Shown piece after piece: positions 17,152 to 26,618 of a stretch of DNA of 32,000 bases. Where the stretch lies: NCBI RefSeq assembly GCF_001457595.1, contig NZ_LN831039.1, forward strand, positions 1,830,001 through 1,862,000. Reading direction: 5' to 3'. Below the pieces are notes generated by a model. It had not been told where the DNA came from and searched no databases. It saw only the letters and a program-made list of their open reading frames with translations. The position numbers and the translations under genes were made by a program. Within the stretch, counting starts at the first letter, position 1; each line of letters begins with the position of its first letter. This DNA is from Mycolicibacterium smegmatis. GTDB taxonomy: Bacteria > Actinomycetota > Actinomycetes > Mycobacteriales > Mycobacteriaceae.

Positions 17152-19857
17152 TCAGGCTCGTCGCTCCACTTCGAAAGCGGACCCTTGAAAACCCGTGGTT
17201 CGTGGGCCGTGGGTGCGCAACTGCCTGCGTGAGGTGATGCCGAGCTTGACGAACACCTTGCGCAGGTGCCATTCCACGGTGTGGGGGCTGATGAACAACT
17301 GCGCGGCGATTTCCTGATTGGTCAGTCCCCGCGCGGCCAGGCCCGCGACCTGGGTCTCCTGCGCGGTCAACTGCTCGCCCGAACGGCCCGGCACCCTGCG
17401 GGCCGTAGGGCCCGCGGCGACCAGTTCGCGGCGTGCCCGTTCGGCGAATGCCTGTGCGCCGATCCGGACGAACACCTCGTGGGCGGCGGTGAGCTCGCGG
17501 ACGGCGTCGGGCCGTCGGTTGGCACGACGCAGCCATTCCCCGTACCGCAGCCGGGCGCGTGCCGCCTGCACGGTGAGCCGCGTGCGCTCGTAGTGCTCGA
17601 TGGACTCCCGGTGCAGACCGTCGGCGCGCCGGCCGCTCGACAGCAGTGCCCGGCCGCCGGCCAGCGCCGCCGCGGCCCACGCGGTGCCGGCCTGCGTCGT
17701 GCGTTCCTCCAGCAGGTACAGGGCCTCGGTCGCCGAGTCGCGTTGACCGCACCGCGTACCCGCCTCGATCAACTCGACGAGCGTGCCGCCGTGGAACCCG
17801 AGATCCTCGTACTCGCAGGCCTGCTGGGCCGCGGCGAACGCCTGTTCGTAGTGCCCGAGACCGTTGTTGAGCACGGCCACGGCATGGCCGGCGACGCCCA
17901 CCGCACGGCCCGCGCCGAGCCCCTCGGTCAGACGCGTCGTCTCGGCGACGTCACCGCGCCAGGCCGCGAGCATTGCCGCGTGTGCGCCCCGGTCCGATGC
18001 CTCGGCGAGAAGCTCTGCCGCGGAGGAGAATTCACCACACTGCAGGTGCAGTCCAGCACGGAAGGCGAGGGCCTCGGGCAGCAGCGCGAGCGCGCCGGAA
18101 TGCCGAACGTCCTGCAGCAGCGCTGTCGACGCCGTATGCCACGCGTCGTCGTCCCAGCAGTCTGCGACGGCGGCCTCCAGCAGCATCGGAACCGTCGGCC
18201 ACAACGAGGCCGGTGATACCGAGAGGGCGCGTCGCAGGGGTCCGATGGCCGACGGTCCGCACGCGATACGCGTGGCCAGCGCGTCGAGCAGCAGGTCGCC
18301 GGCCTCGTCCCGGGCGGTAGCGGACCGGGCGGATTCGGCGGCCTCCTTGAGGATGTGCGCCTCCCCGCTGCGGCCCGCGGAGATCGCGGCGGCAAGGGCG
18401 TCGCGATGGACCTCGCAGGCCGCGCGGGTGTCCAGCGCGCCGAGGCCGTGCGCGACATCGAGAAGTGCCGAGGCCGGCCCGTCGTCGAGGAGGAGACGCA
18501 ACCGTGTGGCCAGCGCGCGCTGGGCCGCGCCGAGGGGTCCCGCCTCGGCGATGCCGAGCAGGTCGAGCGACGTACTGTGTTCACCGGCAACGTATTTCGC
18601 CTCGGCCGCGGCGAGTGCGCGCGCGGCCCGCCGCGCCGGATCGGCCGTCAGCGCCGTCGCACGCTCCCAGAACGCGGCCGCGGCCACCACGCCGCCGGTG
18701 TCCCGTGCGGAAACCACCGCCTCCTGCAGTTGCGTCGCCACGGTCTCGTCGGGACCGTTCGCGGCATTGGCGGCGTGCCAGGCGCGCCGCGCCGGATCCA
18801 GCGTGGCGTCGGTGGCCTGCGCGAGCGCACGGTGCACCGTGCGTCGCTCGTCGAGACGCGCCGTCCGGTAGATCACGGTCCGCAGATAGGGTTCGCGGAA
18901 CCACACGCGGGCTCCCATCTCGACCAAGCCGGCCGTCTCGGCCGGTGCGAGGGCCCGCAAACCGATTCCGAGGATGTCCGCGGCCCGCGCGAGCAGCAGG
19001 GGATCGCCCGTCGGTTCGGCCGCGGCGACCAGCAGCAACCGGCGTGTCGGCTCCGGAAACTCCGAGGTCACACCGGGATTCGTCAACGCGAGCCGCATCC
19101 GCGGGTTGGTGAAGCCGCCGGCGACCTCGGCGGCCGCGAACGTCGCGGGCAACGCGTGCAGGGCCCGCGGATTGCCTCGGGTCTCGCCGACGATCCGGTC
19201 GCGCACCCGCGGATCGATGGGTCCGGGCAGCAACGCGTCGAACAGTTCACCGGCCTCGCAGTCGTTGAGCCTGCCGACCGTCAGTTCGGGCAGGCCCGGC
19301 AACGCGGTGCCGCAGCGCACCCCGAACAGCAACGCCAGCGGCGCGTCCGGCAGGCGGCGCGCCACGAACACCAGCGCCTGCAGCGATGCGTCGTCGACCC
19401 ACTGTGCATCGTCGACGATGCACAGCACCGGTTTTGCGGCGGCCGCGGCCGCCATCAGTTCGACCACCGCGAGGCCCACCAGGAATCGATCCGGCTGCGG
19501 GCCAGGACCGCGGCCGAAGGCCACGGTCAGCGCCTGCTGCTGCAGGTCCGGCAGCCGCTTGAGGTGATCCAGCAGCGGGGCACACACCTGCTGTAGGGCG
19601 GCGTAGGTGAGGTCCATGTCGGACGCGACACCCCTGACCCGCACCACCTGCGCATCGGCAGAGCCGGTCTGCTCGTCGAAAAGCCAGTCGAGCAGGGCGG
19701 TCTTGCCCACCCCGGGTTCGCCGCGCAGCACCAGGGCCCGGCCGGATCCGGACCGCAGGTCGGCACACACCTGTCGCAGTGCGCCGCGTTCGGTGGCCCG
19801 CCCGATCAGGTGTCGTTCCCCGCGTTGTGTCATCTGCTCGTCCACCTCTCGTGTCAT
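17152..19857 (-). CDS. LuxR-family (LAL-type) large ATP-binding transcriptional regulator (alternative start at 19833)
   Basis: Walker A GEPGVGKTALLDWL; Walker B VLCIVDDAQWVD; C-terminal HTH LTAQETQVAGLAARGLTNQEIAAQLFISPHTVEWHLRKVFVKLGITSRRQL. Confidence 0.92.
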   Translation of the reverse strand: MTREVDEQMTQRGERHLIGRATERGALRQVCADLRSGSGRALVLRGEPGVGKTALLDWLFDEQTGSADAQVVRVRGVASDMDLTYAALQQVCAPLLDHLKRLPDLQQQALTVAFGRGPGPQPDRFLVGLAVVELMAAAAAAKPVLCIVDDAQWVDDASLQALVFVARRLPDAPLALLFGVRCGTALPGLPELTVGRLNDCEAGELFDALLPGPIDPRVRDRIVGETRGNPRALHALPATFAAAEVAGGFTNPRMRLALTNPGVTSEFPEPTRRLLLVAAAEPTGDPLLLARAADILGIGLRALAPAETAGLVEMGARVWFREPYLRTVIYRTARLDERRTVHRALAQATDATLDPARRAWHAANAANGPDETVATQLQEAVVSARDTGGVVAAAAFWERATALTADPARRAARALAAAEAKYVAGEHSTSLDLLGIAEAGPLGAAQRALATRLRLLLDDGPASALLDVAHGLGALDTRAACEVHRDALAAAISAGRSGEAHILKEAAESARSATARDEAGDLLLDALATRIACGPSAIGPLRRALSVSPASLWPTVPMLLEAAVADCWDDDAWHTASTALLQDVRHSGALALLPEALAFRAGLHLQCGEFSSAAELLAEASDRGAHAAMLAAWRGDVAETTRLTEGLGAGRAVGVAGHAVAVLNNGLGHYEQAFAAAQQACEYEDLGFHGGTLVELIEAGTRCGQRDSATEALYLLEERTTQAGTAWAAAALAGGRALLSSGRRADGLHRESIEHYERTRLTVQAARARLRYGEWLRRANRRPDAVRELTAAHEVFVRIGAQAFAERARRELVAAGPTARRVPGRSGEQLTAQETQVAGLAARGLTNQEIAAQLFISPHTVEWHLRKVFVKLGITSRRQLRTHGPRTTGFQGSAFEVERRA

Positions 19858-19959
19858 CAGGTAGACCGGCCGGACCGGTGATCTGTGACAGCCCGCCACC
19901 GTGGGATGCGTCACGCCGATCGCAGCCGGGACACGGCCTGGTGTGTTTGACTTCAGGCC

Positions 19960-20874
19960 ATGGATCCGGCACCCAGTTCGGCGTCCGATCCGGCGTGGAC
20001 GGAACTCTCGGAAGCGGAAGCGGTCTTCACCCGGGTGCGGCCGCGCCTCTTCGGTGTCGCCTACCGGATGACGGGTACGGTCGCCGAGGCCGAGGACGCC
20101 GTGCAGGAGGCGTGGTTGCGGTGGCAGGACACCGACCGCGCAGCGGTGACGGACCCCGTGCCGTTCCTGATGACGGTGGTGACGCGGATCTGCCTCAACG
20201 TGCTGCAGTCCGCGCGGGCGCGCCACGAAACCTACATCGGCCCGTGGCTTCCCGAACCGGTCGACACCACCGCCGACCCGGCGCTGGGCGCCGAGCGGGG
20301 CGCGGCGCTGGAACTCGCGACGCTGATGTTGCTCGAGCGCCTGGCACCGCCGGAACGCGCCGCCTACATCCTGCGTGAGGCGTTCGACTACCCGTACGAA
20401 CAGATCGCCGAGACCGTCGGTGTGTCGGTGCCCAACGCCAGGCAGCTCGTGAGCCGCGCACGGCGACGTCTCACGACACGGCGCGCGGCGCCGGTGGCCA
20501 CCGCCGAACAGGACCGTCTGCTGCGGGCTTTCGTCACCGCGGCGCGAAGCGGCGACCTCGACGCGCTCGAGGAGATCCTCGCCGAGGACGTGGTGAGCCA
20601 CACCGACGGCAACGGCGTGCGCAACGCCGCGCAGATCCCGGTGGTCGGCCGGACGACAGTCGCCAAGTTCGTGCGTGCCTTCCGCAACCGGCTGTGGTCC
20701 GGCGCGAGCCTGCGGTGGATCACCGCGAACGGCCGCTCCGCGGTGCTCGTCGTCCACAACGATTCTCCCGCCGCGTTTCTCACCGTCGCCGCGTCGGCCG
20801 ACGGGATCCACCGGCTGTTGTGGGTGCTGGCTCCCGAGAAGCTCGCGGGAATCGCGCGGGCCCAGGGACGCTGA
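19960..20874 (+). CDS. ECF sigma factor with fused C-terminal SnoaL-like domain (SigJ-like paralogue)
   Basis: 304 aa; AYRMTGTVAEAEDAVQEAWLRW; ETYIGPWLPEPV; REAFDYPYEQIAETVGVSVPNARQLVSRARRRL; C-terminal SnoaL-like domain. Confidence 0.9.
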   Translation: MDPAPSSASDPAWTELSEAEAVFTRVRPRLFGVAYRMTGTVAEAEDAVQEAWLRWQDTDRAAVTDPVPFLMTVVTRICLNVLQSARARHETYIGPWLPEPVDTTADPALGAERGAALELATLMLLERLAPPERAAYILREAFDYPYEQIAETVGVSVPNARQLVSRARRRLTTRRAAPVATAEQDRLLRAFVTAARSGDLDALEEILAEDVVSHTDGNGVRNAAQIPVVGRTTVAKFVRAFRNRLWSGASLRWITANGRSAVLVVHNDSPAAFLTVAASADGIHRLLWVLAPEKLAGIARAQGR

Positions 20875-22611
20875 TCACTCGACGAGCTTGCCGGCCGACG
20901 ACACCTCACGCATGCGTGTTGAGATGTCGTGGGGGACATCGGCGATCGCCTCGTGGGAGATCTGACCCGGTGCCGACCACACCAGGTTGACCCGCAGCCG
21001 CTCGTCGAGGTCGGGGTGATCGGAGCGGTTGTGGCAACCCCTGGTCTCCCGGCGTTCCCGTGCTGCCTCCAACGTTGCACGCGCCGCCAGGATCCCGCTC
21101 TTGAGGTCGAAAGCATGCGCCAGATCGTGGAATCCGGCGATGTCGGGATGGACCGCGATGTCGGACAACTGCGCCTCGACGTCGTCGAGTTTCTCCAACC
21201 CGACGTTCAGACCGTCCTCGTCGCGGATCACGCCGGCGTGCTCGGTCATCAGGTTGCGCACCGCGCGCTGCAGGTACCGCACGGTCTGCGAGCCGCGGGC
21301 GCACAGCATCGCGTCGATCTCCTCGCGGGCATCCGATATCGCGGCGGGGCAGCGTTGTTGGGCAAGCAGGCGATTGGAGTAGGCGGCCGCGGCCCGGCCC
21401 ACGATCTTTCCGTACACCAGCAGCTCGATGAGCGAGTTGCCGCCCAGCCGGTTGGCCCCGTGCAGACCGCTCGCGGCCTCGCCCACCGCGTACAGGCCCA
21501 CCACGTCGGTGCTGTGGTCCTCGGCGCGCACCCACACACCACCCATCGAGTAGTGGGCCGTCGGCGCGATCTCCACCGGGGTGGTGGTGATGTCGAGCAA
21601 CTGCAGCTCCATGAGTGTCTGGTAGACGCGCGGCAGGCGCTGCATGATCTGCGTGCGGGGCAGGTGGGACACGTCCAGCCACACGCCGCCGCGCGGGGTG
21701 CCGCGGCCCTCCTTGATCTCGGTGTAGGCCGCGAGCGCGACGCGGTCGCGCGTCGAGAGTTCCATGCGGTCGGGGTCGTAGCGCGCCATGAAGCGCTCGC
21801 CGAGCGCGTTGCGCAGGATGCCGCCCTCGCCGCGCGCGGCTTCCGAAACCAGGGTGCCTGCCGAGTCTTCCGGTTCCAGCAGGCCCGACGGGTGGAACTG
21901 CACCAGCTCTGGGTCGCGGATGCGGCCACCGGCCTCAACCGCCAGCCGGAACGCGTCCCCGGTGTTCTCGTCGCGCCGCGAAGAGGTGTGCCGCCAGATG
22001 CGGGTGTGGCCACCGCACGCGAGGATCACGGCGTCGGCGTGGATGGTGTGACGCGTACCGTCACGAAGGTCGAAACCGTACGCGCCGAAAATCACGTTGT
22101 CGCGGACCAGAAGTCGGGTGATGTACACGGAATCCAGTACGGGAATGGCGAGTTCGGCGGCACGTCCGACCAGGGTGCGCTGCAGTTCCAGCCCGGTGTA
22201 GTCACCGGCGAACGCGGTGCGGCGGTAGGTGTGGGCGCCGAAGAAGCGCTGCGAGATGCGGCCGTCGCGTTCGCGCGCGAACGCCATGCCCCACCGTTCC
22301 AGATCGGCGATCGACTCCGTGGCGTGTTCGGTGACGGTCTGCACCGTGACCGGGTCGGCGAGCAGATAGCTCTCGGTGATGGTGTCGGCGGCGTGCTGCT
22401 GCCAGCTGTCCTCGGGGTCCATCGTGGCCAGTGCGGCGTTGATCCCGCCCGCGGCGAGCGTGGTGTGCGCGTCGGCCTTGGGCCGCTTGCCGACCACCAG
22501 CACATCGATTCCGTGTTCGGCCAGTTCGATCGCGGCGCGCAACCCCGAACCGCCGGTGCCGATGACGAGCACTGCGGTGGAGATCTGCCGGGCGGGGTCT
22601 TCGGTTCTCAT
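20875..22611 (-). CDS. SdhA/FrdA/NadB-like flavoprotein (fumarate reductase/succinate dehydrogenase superfamily), no adjacent iron-sulfur subunit
   Basis: 578 aa; VLVIGTGGSGLRAAIELAE, ADAHTTLAAGGINAAL, FHPSGLLEPEDSAGTLVSEAARGEGGILRN, HYSMGGV, GEAASGLHGANRLGGNSLIEL. Confidence 0.88.
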   Translation of the reverse strand: MRTEDPARQISTAVLVIGTGGSGLRAAIELAEHGIDVLVVGKRPKADAHTTLAAGGINAALATMDPEDSWQQHAADTITESYLLADPVTVQTVTEHATESIADLERWGMAFARERDGRISQRFFGAHTYRRTAFAGDYTGLELQRTLVGRAAELAIPVLDSVYITRLLVRDNVIFGAYGFDLRDGTRHTIHADAVILACGGHTRIWRHTSSRRDENTGDAFRLAVEAGGRIRDPELVQFHPSGLLEPEDSAGTLVSEAARGEGGILRNALGERFMARYDPDRMELSTRDRVALAAYTEIKEGRGTPRGGVWLDVSHLPRTQIMQRLPRVYQTLMELQLLDITTTPVEIAPTAHYSMGGVWVRAEDHSTDVVGLYAVGEAASGLHGANRLGGNSLIELLVYGKIVGRAAAAYSNRLLAQQRCPAAISDAREEIDAMLCARGSQTVRYLQRAVRNLMTEHAGVIRDEDGLNVGLEKLDDVEAQLSDIAVHPDIAGFHDLAHAFDLKSGILAARATLEAARERRETRGCHNRSDHPDLDERLRVNLVWSAPGQISHEAIADVPHDISTRMREVSSAGKLVE

Positions 22612-22665
22612 CTTCGGGAGAACGCCGGGGTCACCATCGAGCTATCCGGGCGTTAAGGTCGGCGC

Positions 22666-23289
22666 ATGGATGTACGCGTCGTCGACCACCCGCTGGCTGC
22701 TGCGCGCCTGACCACGCTGCGGGATGAACGCACCGACAACGCCGCCTTCCGGGCCGCGTTGCGGGACCTGACCCTGATGCTGGTGTACGAGGCGACGCGC
22801 GACGCGCCCTCGGAGCAGATCCCGGTGCGCACCCCCGTCACCGACACCGTGGGCTCGCGGTTGGCGAACCCGCCGCTTCTGGTGCCGGTGCTGCGTGCCG
22901 GGCTGGGGATGGTCGACCAGGCCCATGCCCTGATCCCCGAGGCGCAGGTCGGCTTCGTCGGTGTGGCGCGCGACGAGACGACGCATCAGCCGACGCCATA
23001 CCTGGCCTCGCTGCCCGACGATCTCAGTGAGCGTGCGGTGTTCGTGCTGGATCCGATGCTGGCCACGGGCGGTTCGATGGCGCACACGATCGGCCTGCTG
23101 CAGGCCCGCAACGCCGTCGACATCACCGCGGTGTGTGTGGTGTGCGCACCGCAGGGCATCGCCGCGCTGGAGGCCGTCGCGCCGGACATGCGCCTGATCA
23201 CCGCGACGGTCGACGAGGGGCTCAACGAGATCGCCTACATCGTGCCTGGCCTCGGTGACGCGGGTGACCGCCAGTTCGGGCCCCGGTGA
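22666..23289 (+). CDS. upp: Uracil phosphoribosyltransferase
   Basis: 207 aa; [54 protein letters not shown]. Confidence 0.96.
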   Translation: MDVRVVDHPLAAARLTTLRDERTDNAAFRAALRDLTLMLVYEATRDAPSEQIPVRTPVTDTVGSRLANPPLLVPVLRAGLGMVDQAHALIPEAQVGFVGVARDETTHQPTPYLASLPDDLSERAVFVLDPMLATGGSMAHTIGLLQARNAVDITAVCVVCAPQGIAALEAVAPDMRLITATVDEGLNEIAYIVPGLGDAGDRQFGPR

Positions 23290-23313
23290 ACCGGCCGTCC
23301 TGAACCAGCCCGG

Positions 23314-24930
23314 TCACCAGCCTTTCGCGGCGCGGCAGAGTTCGTCGCTGATGCGGTTCGCGCGTTCCCGCGCGGCGGCCAGATCGTCGGTCGGAGCGCA
23401 GCGAACCTCGATGTAGGACTTGAGTTTCGGTTCGGTGCCGGACGGCCGCACCACGATGCGCACGGCGGTGCCGCCGTCCTCGCCCGTGAAGATCAGTGCG
23501 TCGGTGCGTTGCTGCCCGCGACGTTCGGCCAGATCCTCGACGGCCACGGTGAACCCGGCCAGTTCGTCGGGCGGCTGGGTGCGCAGGCGGCCCATGGCCT
23601 TGTCGGCGTCGGACACCTGGCGTGACACCGCACGTGTGACGTGTACGCCGTGGGCGCGGGCGAGGCCGTCGAGCGCGTCGACGATGGTGCGGCCCTGATA
23701 GCGCAGCGCCGCAACCAGATCACACGCGAGGATCGCGGCGGTGATGCCGTCCTTGTCGCGGACCGACGACGGGTCGACGCAGTGCCCGATGGCCTCCTCG
23801 TACGCGTACACCAATGTGGTGCCGGGAGATCCGGCGCGCGCCAGCCACTTGAAGCCCGTGAGCGTCTCGACGTGATGGGCGCCGTGCGCCGCGGCGATCG
23901 AGGCCAGCATGCGTGACGACACGACGGTGCTGGCCACCACCGTGGACTCGCTGACCATCCCCGGTTCGATCTGCGACAGAATGTAATCGCCCAGCAGCCA
24001 ACCGGTTTCGTCGCCCGAGAGCATGCGCCATCCGTCGGGGGTGGGGATTCCGACCGCACACCGGTCCGCGTCGGGGTCCAGCGCGATCGCGATCTCGGCC
24101 CCGACCCGTTCGGCCAGTGCGAGCAGTTCGTCGGTGGCCCCCGGTTCCTCCGGGTTGGGGAATTCGACCGTGGGGAACTCGGGATCGGGGTTGAACTGCG
24201 ACTCGACGACGTGCACGTCGTCGAGGCCGGCCAAGGCCATTGCGTCGAGTGTGAATTCGCCACCGACGCCGTGCATCGGCGTGAACGCGACTCGCACCGT
24301 GTCGGATCTGCGCCGCACCCGCGCGGCGCGTTCGAGGTAGGCCTTGATCTGGGCGAGACCGCCCGTGGTGACCGGTGCCCGCGTGATCTCGTCGGCGTGC
24401 GGCGCACGCGAGATGGCCTCTTCGATCTCGTGATCGGTGGGGGAGGTGATCTGCATCCCGCCGTCGACGAACACCTTGTAGCCGTTGTCGGTCTTGGGGT
24501 TGTGCGATGCGGTGATCTGGATGCCTGCGACGGCGGGCATGTGGCGCACCGCGAACGCGACCACGGGGGTGGGGACGGCCGCGAGCATCAGCTGCACCTC
24601 GAAACCCTCGGCCGCAAGCACTTCGGCCGCGGCCAGTGCGAACTCGTCGGACTTGTGGCGCGCGTCGCGTCCGACCACCACCTGGGATTCGCCGAGGCCG
24701 TGTTCTTTGAGCACCTGTGCCACCGCCCACGTGGTGCGCAGCACGACGGCGAGGTTCATGCCGTCGGGCCCGCCGCGCAGGGGTCCGCGCAGTCCCGCGG
24801 TGCCGAACGTCAGCGGATGGCTGAACCGGTGTTCGAGTTCCTCGGGGCTGCAGGCGCTCAGCTCGGCCGCCGTTTCCGGGTCAGGGTCGTGGGCGATCCA
24901 TTCCTGCGCTGTTGTCGCGGTCGACGTCAT
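23314..24930 (-). CDS. pmmB: Phosphomannomutase/phosphoglucomutase
   Basis: 538 aa; LTFGTAGLRGPL, VVVGRDARHKSDEF, GIQITASHNPKTDNGYKVFVDGG, ALDPDADRCAVG, TGFKWLA, RPSGTEPKLKSYIEV. Confidence 0.95.
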   Translation of the reverse strand: MTSTATTAQEWIAHDPDPETAAELSACSPEELEHRFSHPLTFGTAGLRGPLRGGPDGMNLAVVLRTTWAVAQVLKEHGLGESQVVVGRDARHKSDEFALAAAEVLAAEGFEVQLMLAAVPTPVVAFAVRHMPAVAGIQITASHNPKTDNGYKVFVDGGMQITSPTDHEIEEAISRAPHADEITRAPVTTGGLAQIKAYLERAARVRRRSDTVRVAFTPMHGVGGEFTLDAMALAGLDDVHVVESQFNPDPEFPTVEFPNPEEPGATDELLALAERVGAEIAIALDPDADRCAVGIPTPDGWRMLSGDETGWLLGDYILSQIEPGMVSESTVVASTVVSSRMLASIAAAHGAHHVETLTGFKWLARAGSPGTTLVYAYEEAIGHCVDPSSVRDKDGITAAILACDLVAALRYQGRTIVDALDGLARAHGVHVTRAVSRQVSDADKAMGRLRTQPPDELAGFTVAVEDLAERRGQQRTDALIFTGEDGGTAVRIVVRPSGTEPKLKSYIEVRCAPTDDLAAARERANRISDELCRAAKGW

Positions 24931-25403
24931 GAGCCAAGTGTGCCCGCAGCGGCGTCGGCATATGCAAGCTTGCGCAGGACCGGTGCGACGAGCATCAGCA
25001 GATTGAACTCGAGCTCGGAGAGGTTCTCGCGCATGGTGTCGTGCAACCAGGCGTCGCGTTCGGCGCGGTCGGCCTCAAGGAGTTGGGCGCCGGCCTGTGT
25101 CAGGGAGATGAGCTGACGTCTGCGGTCGGTCTCGTCGGGGCGCCGTTCGATCAGTCCGCGCGTGACGAGTTCGTTGATGCTGTCGGTGAGTGACTGCGTG
25201 CGCACGTGCAGCCGCACGCCGAGTTCGGCGGGGGTGATGGTGCCGGACCGGTGCACCTCGCCGAGGATTTCCAGCTGGCTCAGCGTGAGGCCGTGGTCGG
25301 GACGGTGTCTGCGCATCTGGCGGGTCACCGCCATCATCGCTTCCCGCAGTTCGGTGGCCGCGGACGTCCCGGTGGCCGCTCGCAGCGGGGTGACATCAGC
25401 CAT
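24927..25403 (-). CDS. MarR-family transcriptional regulator
   Basis: 158 aa; LTLSQLEILGEVHRSGTITPAELGVRLHVRTQSLTDSINELVTRGLIERRPDETDRRRQLISLT; 4-bp overlap with pmmB. Confidence 0.92.
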   Translation of the reverse strand: MADVTPLRAATGTSAATELREAMMAVTRQMRRHRPDHGLTLSQLEILGEVHRSGTITPAELGVRLHVRTQSLTDSINELVTRGLIERRPDETDRRRQLISLTQAGAQLLEADRAERDAWLHDTMRENLSELEFNLLMLVAPVLRKLAYADAAAGTLGS

Positions 25404-25425
25404 AACGAAGTTATACCTTGGTAAT
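25404..25425. promoter_or_regulatory. Candidate MarR operator (TACC-TT-GGTA palindrome) overlapping a -10-like TATAAC for a leaderless marR transcript
   Basis: Minus strand: ATTACCAAGGTATAACTTCGTT-ATG; palindrome TACCTTGGTA at 25414-25423, TATAAC at 25415-25410. Confidence 0.45.
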
Positions 25426-25508
25426 CGGCCAGCGAGGTCGGGATAACTGCAGAGAGTTGTGGGGAATTTACAAGGTTTGACTTAGGTTTGTGGGGGTAGG
25501 GAGGTGGA

Positions 25509-26618
25509 ATGCTGAAGTCACGGTGGTCGCTCATCGCGCTTCGGTGGCTCCTCCTGCTCGCGGTGACGATCGCGGTCACCGTGCCGCTCACCCTCATCGG
25601 CGTCCCGTCGGCCGCCCTGTTCGCCGCCCTCGTGGTCGGCGTCGTGCTCGCGATCGCGGCTCTGGCCCCGGAACGCGTCCCGCGGCAGGCCGGCGTGGTG
25701 GCCCAGGGCGTGCTCGGTGTCTACATCGGCACCATGGTTCACCAGGACGCGGTCGACGCCCTGCACTCGGACTGGGCGATCGTGCTGGCGATCGCCGTGG
25801 CCACCCTGGTCATCAGCGTCATCGCCGGTGCGCTGCTCGGCCTGCACCGCGATGTCTCGCCGCTCACCGGATCCCTTGCGCTCGTGGCAGGCGGCGCGTC
25901 GGGCCTCGTGGCGATCGCGCGTGAACTCGGCGGCGACGACCGCGTGGTCTCGGTCGTGCAGTACCTGCGCGTCGCGCTCGTGACGGCCACCATTCCGCTC
26001 GTGGTGACCGTGGTGTTCCACGCCGATCGGTCGCATCCGGCCGTCGACCTACCGCAAACCGCCGCGGCGCCTTGGTATCTGAGCCTCGCGATGCTCGCGG
26101 GCCTGGTGATTGTCGGCGCGGTGGGCGGACGGTTGCTGCACATGCCGGGCGCCGGTCTGCTCGGCCCGCTGGCCCTGACCGTGGTGCTGCAGTTGACCGG
26201 TCTGTCGTTCGGCCTCACCGTCCCCGACGTGCTGGTGCAGGCCGGTTACATGGTGATCGGTTGGCAGGCCGGTGTGGCGTTCACCCGGGAATCGCTGCGG
26301 GCCATCGGACGGATCCTGCCGCTGGCCCTGCTGCTCATCGTGGTGCTCGGGGTGGCCACCGCACTGCTGGGGGTCGTGCTGGCCAACGTCACCGGCGTGA
26401 CACAGCTGGAGGGTTATCTGGCCACGAGCCCCGGCGGCGTCTACGCGGTGCTGGCCACCGCGGTCGAGACGGGCTCCAATGTCACGTTCGTCATCGCCGC
26501 GCAGGTGCTGCGGGTACTGCTGATGCTGTTCGCCGCACCCCTGCTGGCCCGCGTGATGATCCGGCTCACGGGTCGTCAGACCGAGGCGGCCGAGGTCGCC
26601 ACACCGGCACGTCGATAG
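25509..26618 (+). CDS. AbrB/ammonia monooxygenase-like membrane permease
   Basis: 369 aa, many hydrophobic helices; VGVVLAIAALAPERVPRQAGVVAQGVLGVYIG, LALVAGGASGLVAIARELGGDDRVVSVVQYLRV, LATSPGGVYAVLATAVETGSNVTFVIAAQVLRVLLMLFAAPLLAR. Confidence 0.8.
   Translation: MLKSRWSLIALRWLLLLAVTIAVTVPLTLIGVPSAALFAALVVGVVLAIAALAPERVPRQAGVVAQGVLGVYIGTMVHQDAVDALHSDWAIVLAIAVATLVISVIAGALLGLHRDVSPLTGSLALVAGGASGLVAIARELGGDDRVVSVVQYLRVALVTATIPLVVTVVFHADRSHPAVDLPQTAAAPWYLSLAMLAGLVIVGAVGGRLLHMPGAGLLGPLALTVVLQLTGLSFGLTVPDVLVQAGYMVIGWQAGVAFTRESLRAIGRILPLALLLIVVLGVATALLGVVLANVTGVTQLEGYLATSPGGVYAVLATAVETGSNVTFVIAAQVLRVLLMLFAAPLLARVMIRLTGRQTEAAEVATPARR

Noticed and set aside
19864-19890. TGTCACA (minus strand, 19890-19884) upstream of the LuxR gene as a second ECF41 promoter
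   Set aside because: The -10 position has only a degenerate CGGTC with poor spacing, unlike the exact TGTCACA-N16-CGTC at 5001-5027.
19858-20811. N-terminal ~318 residues of the 1219-aa minus-strand ORF
   Set aside because: The LuxR/LAL homology begins near MTREVDEQMTQRGERHLIGRATERG; the upstream portion is antisense to the SnoaL-fused sigma factor and looks like noise, so the gene was called from 19857.
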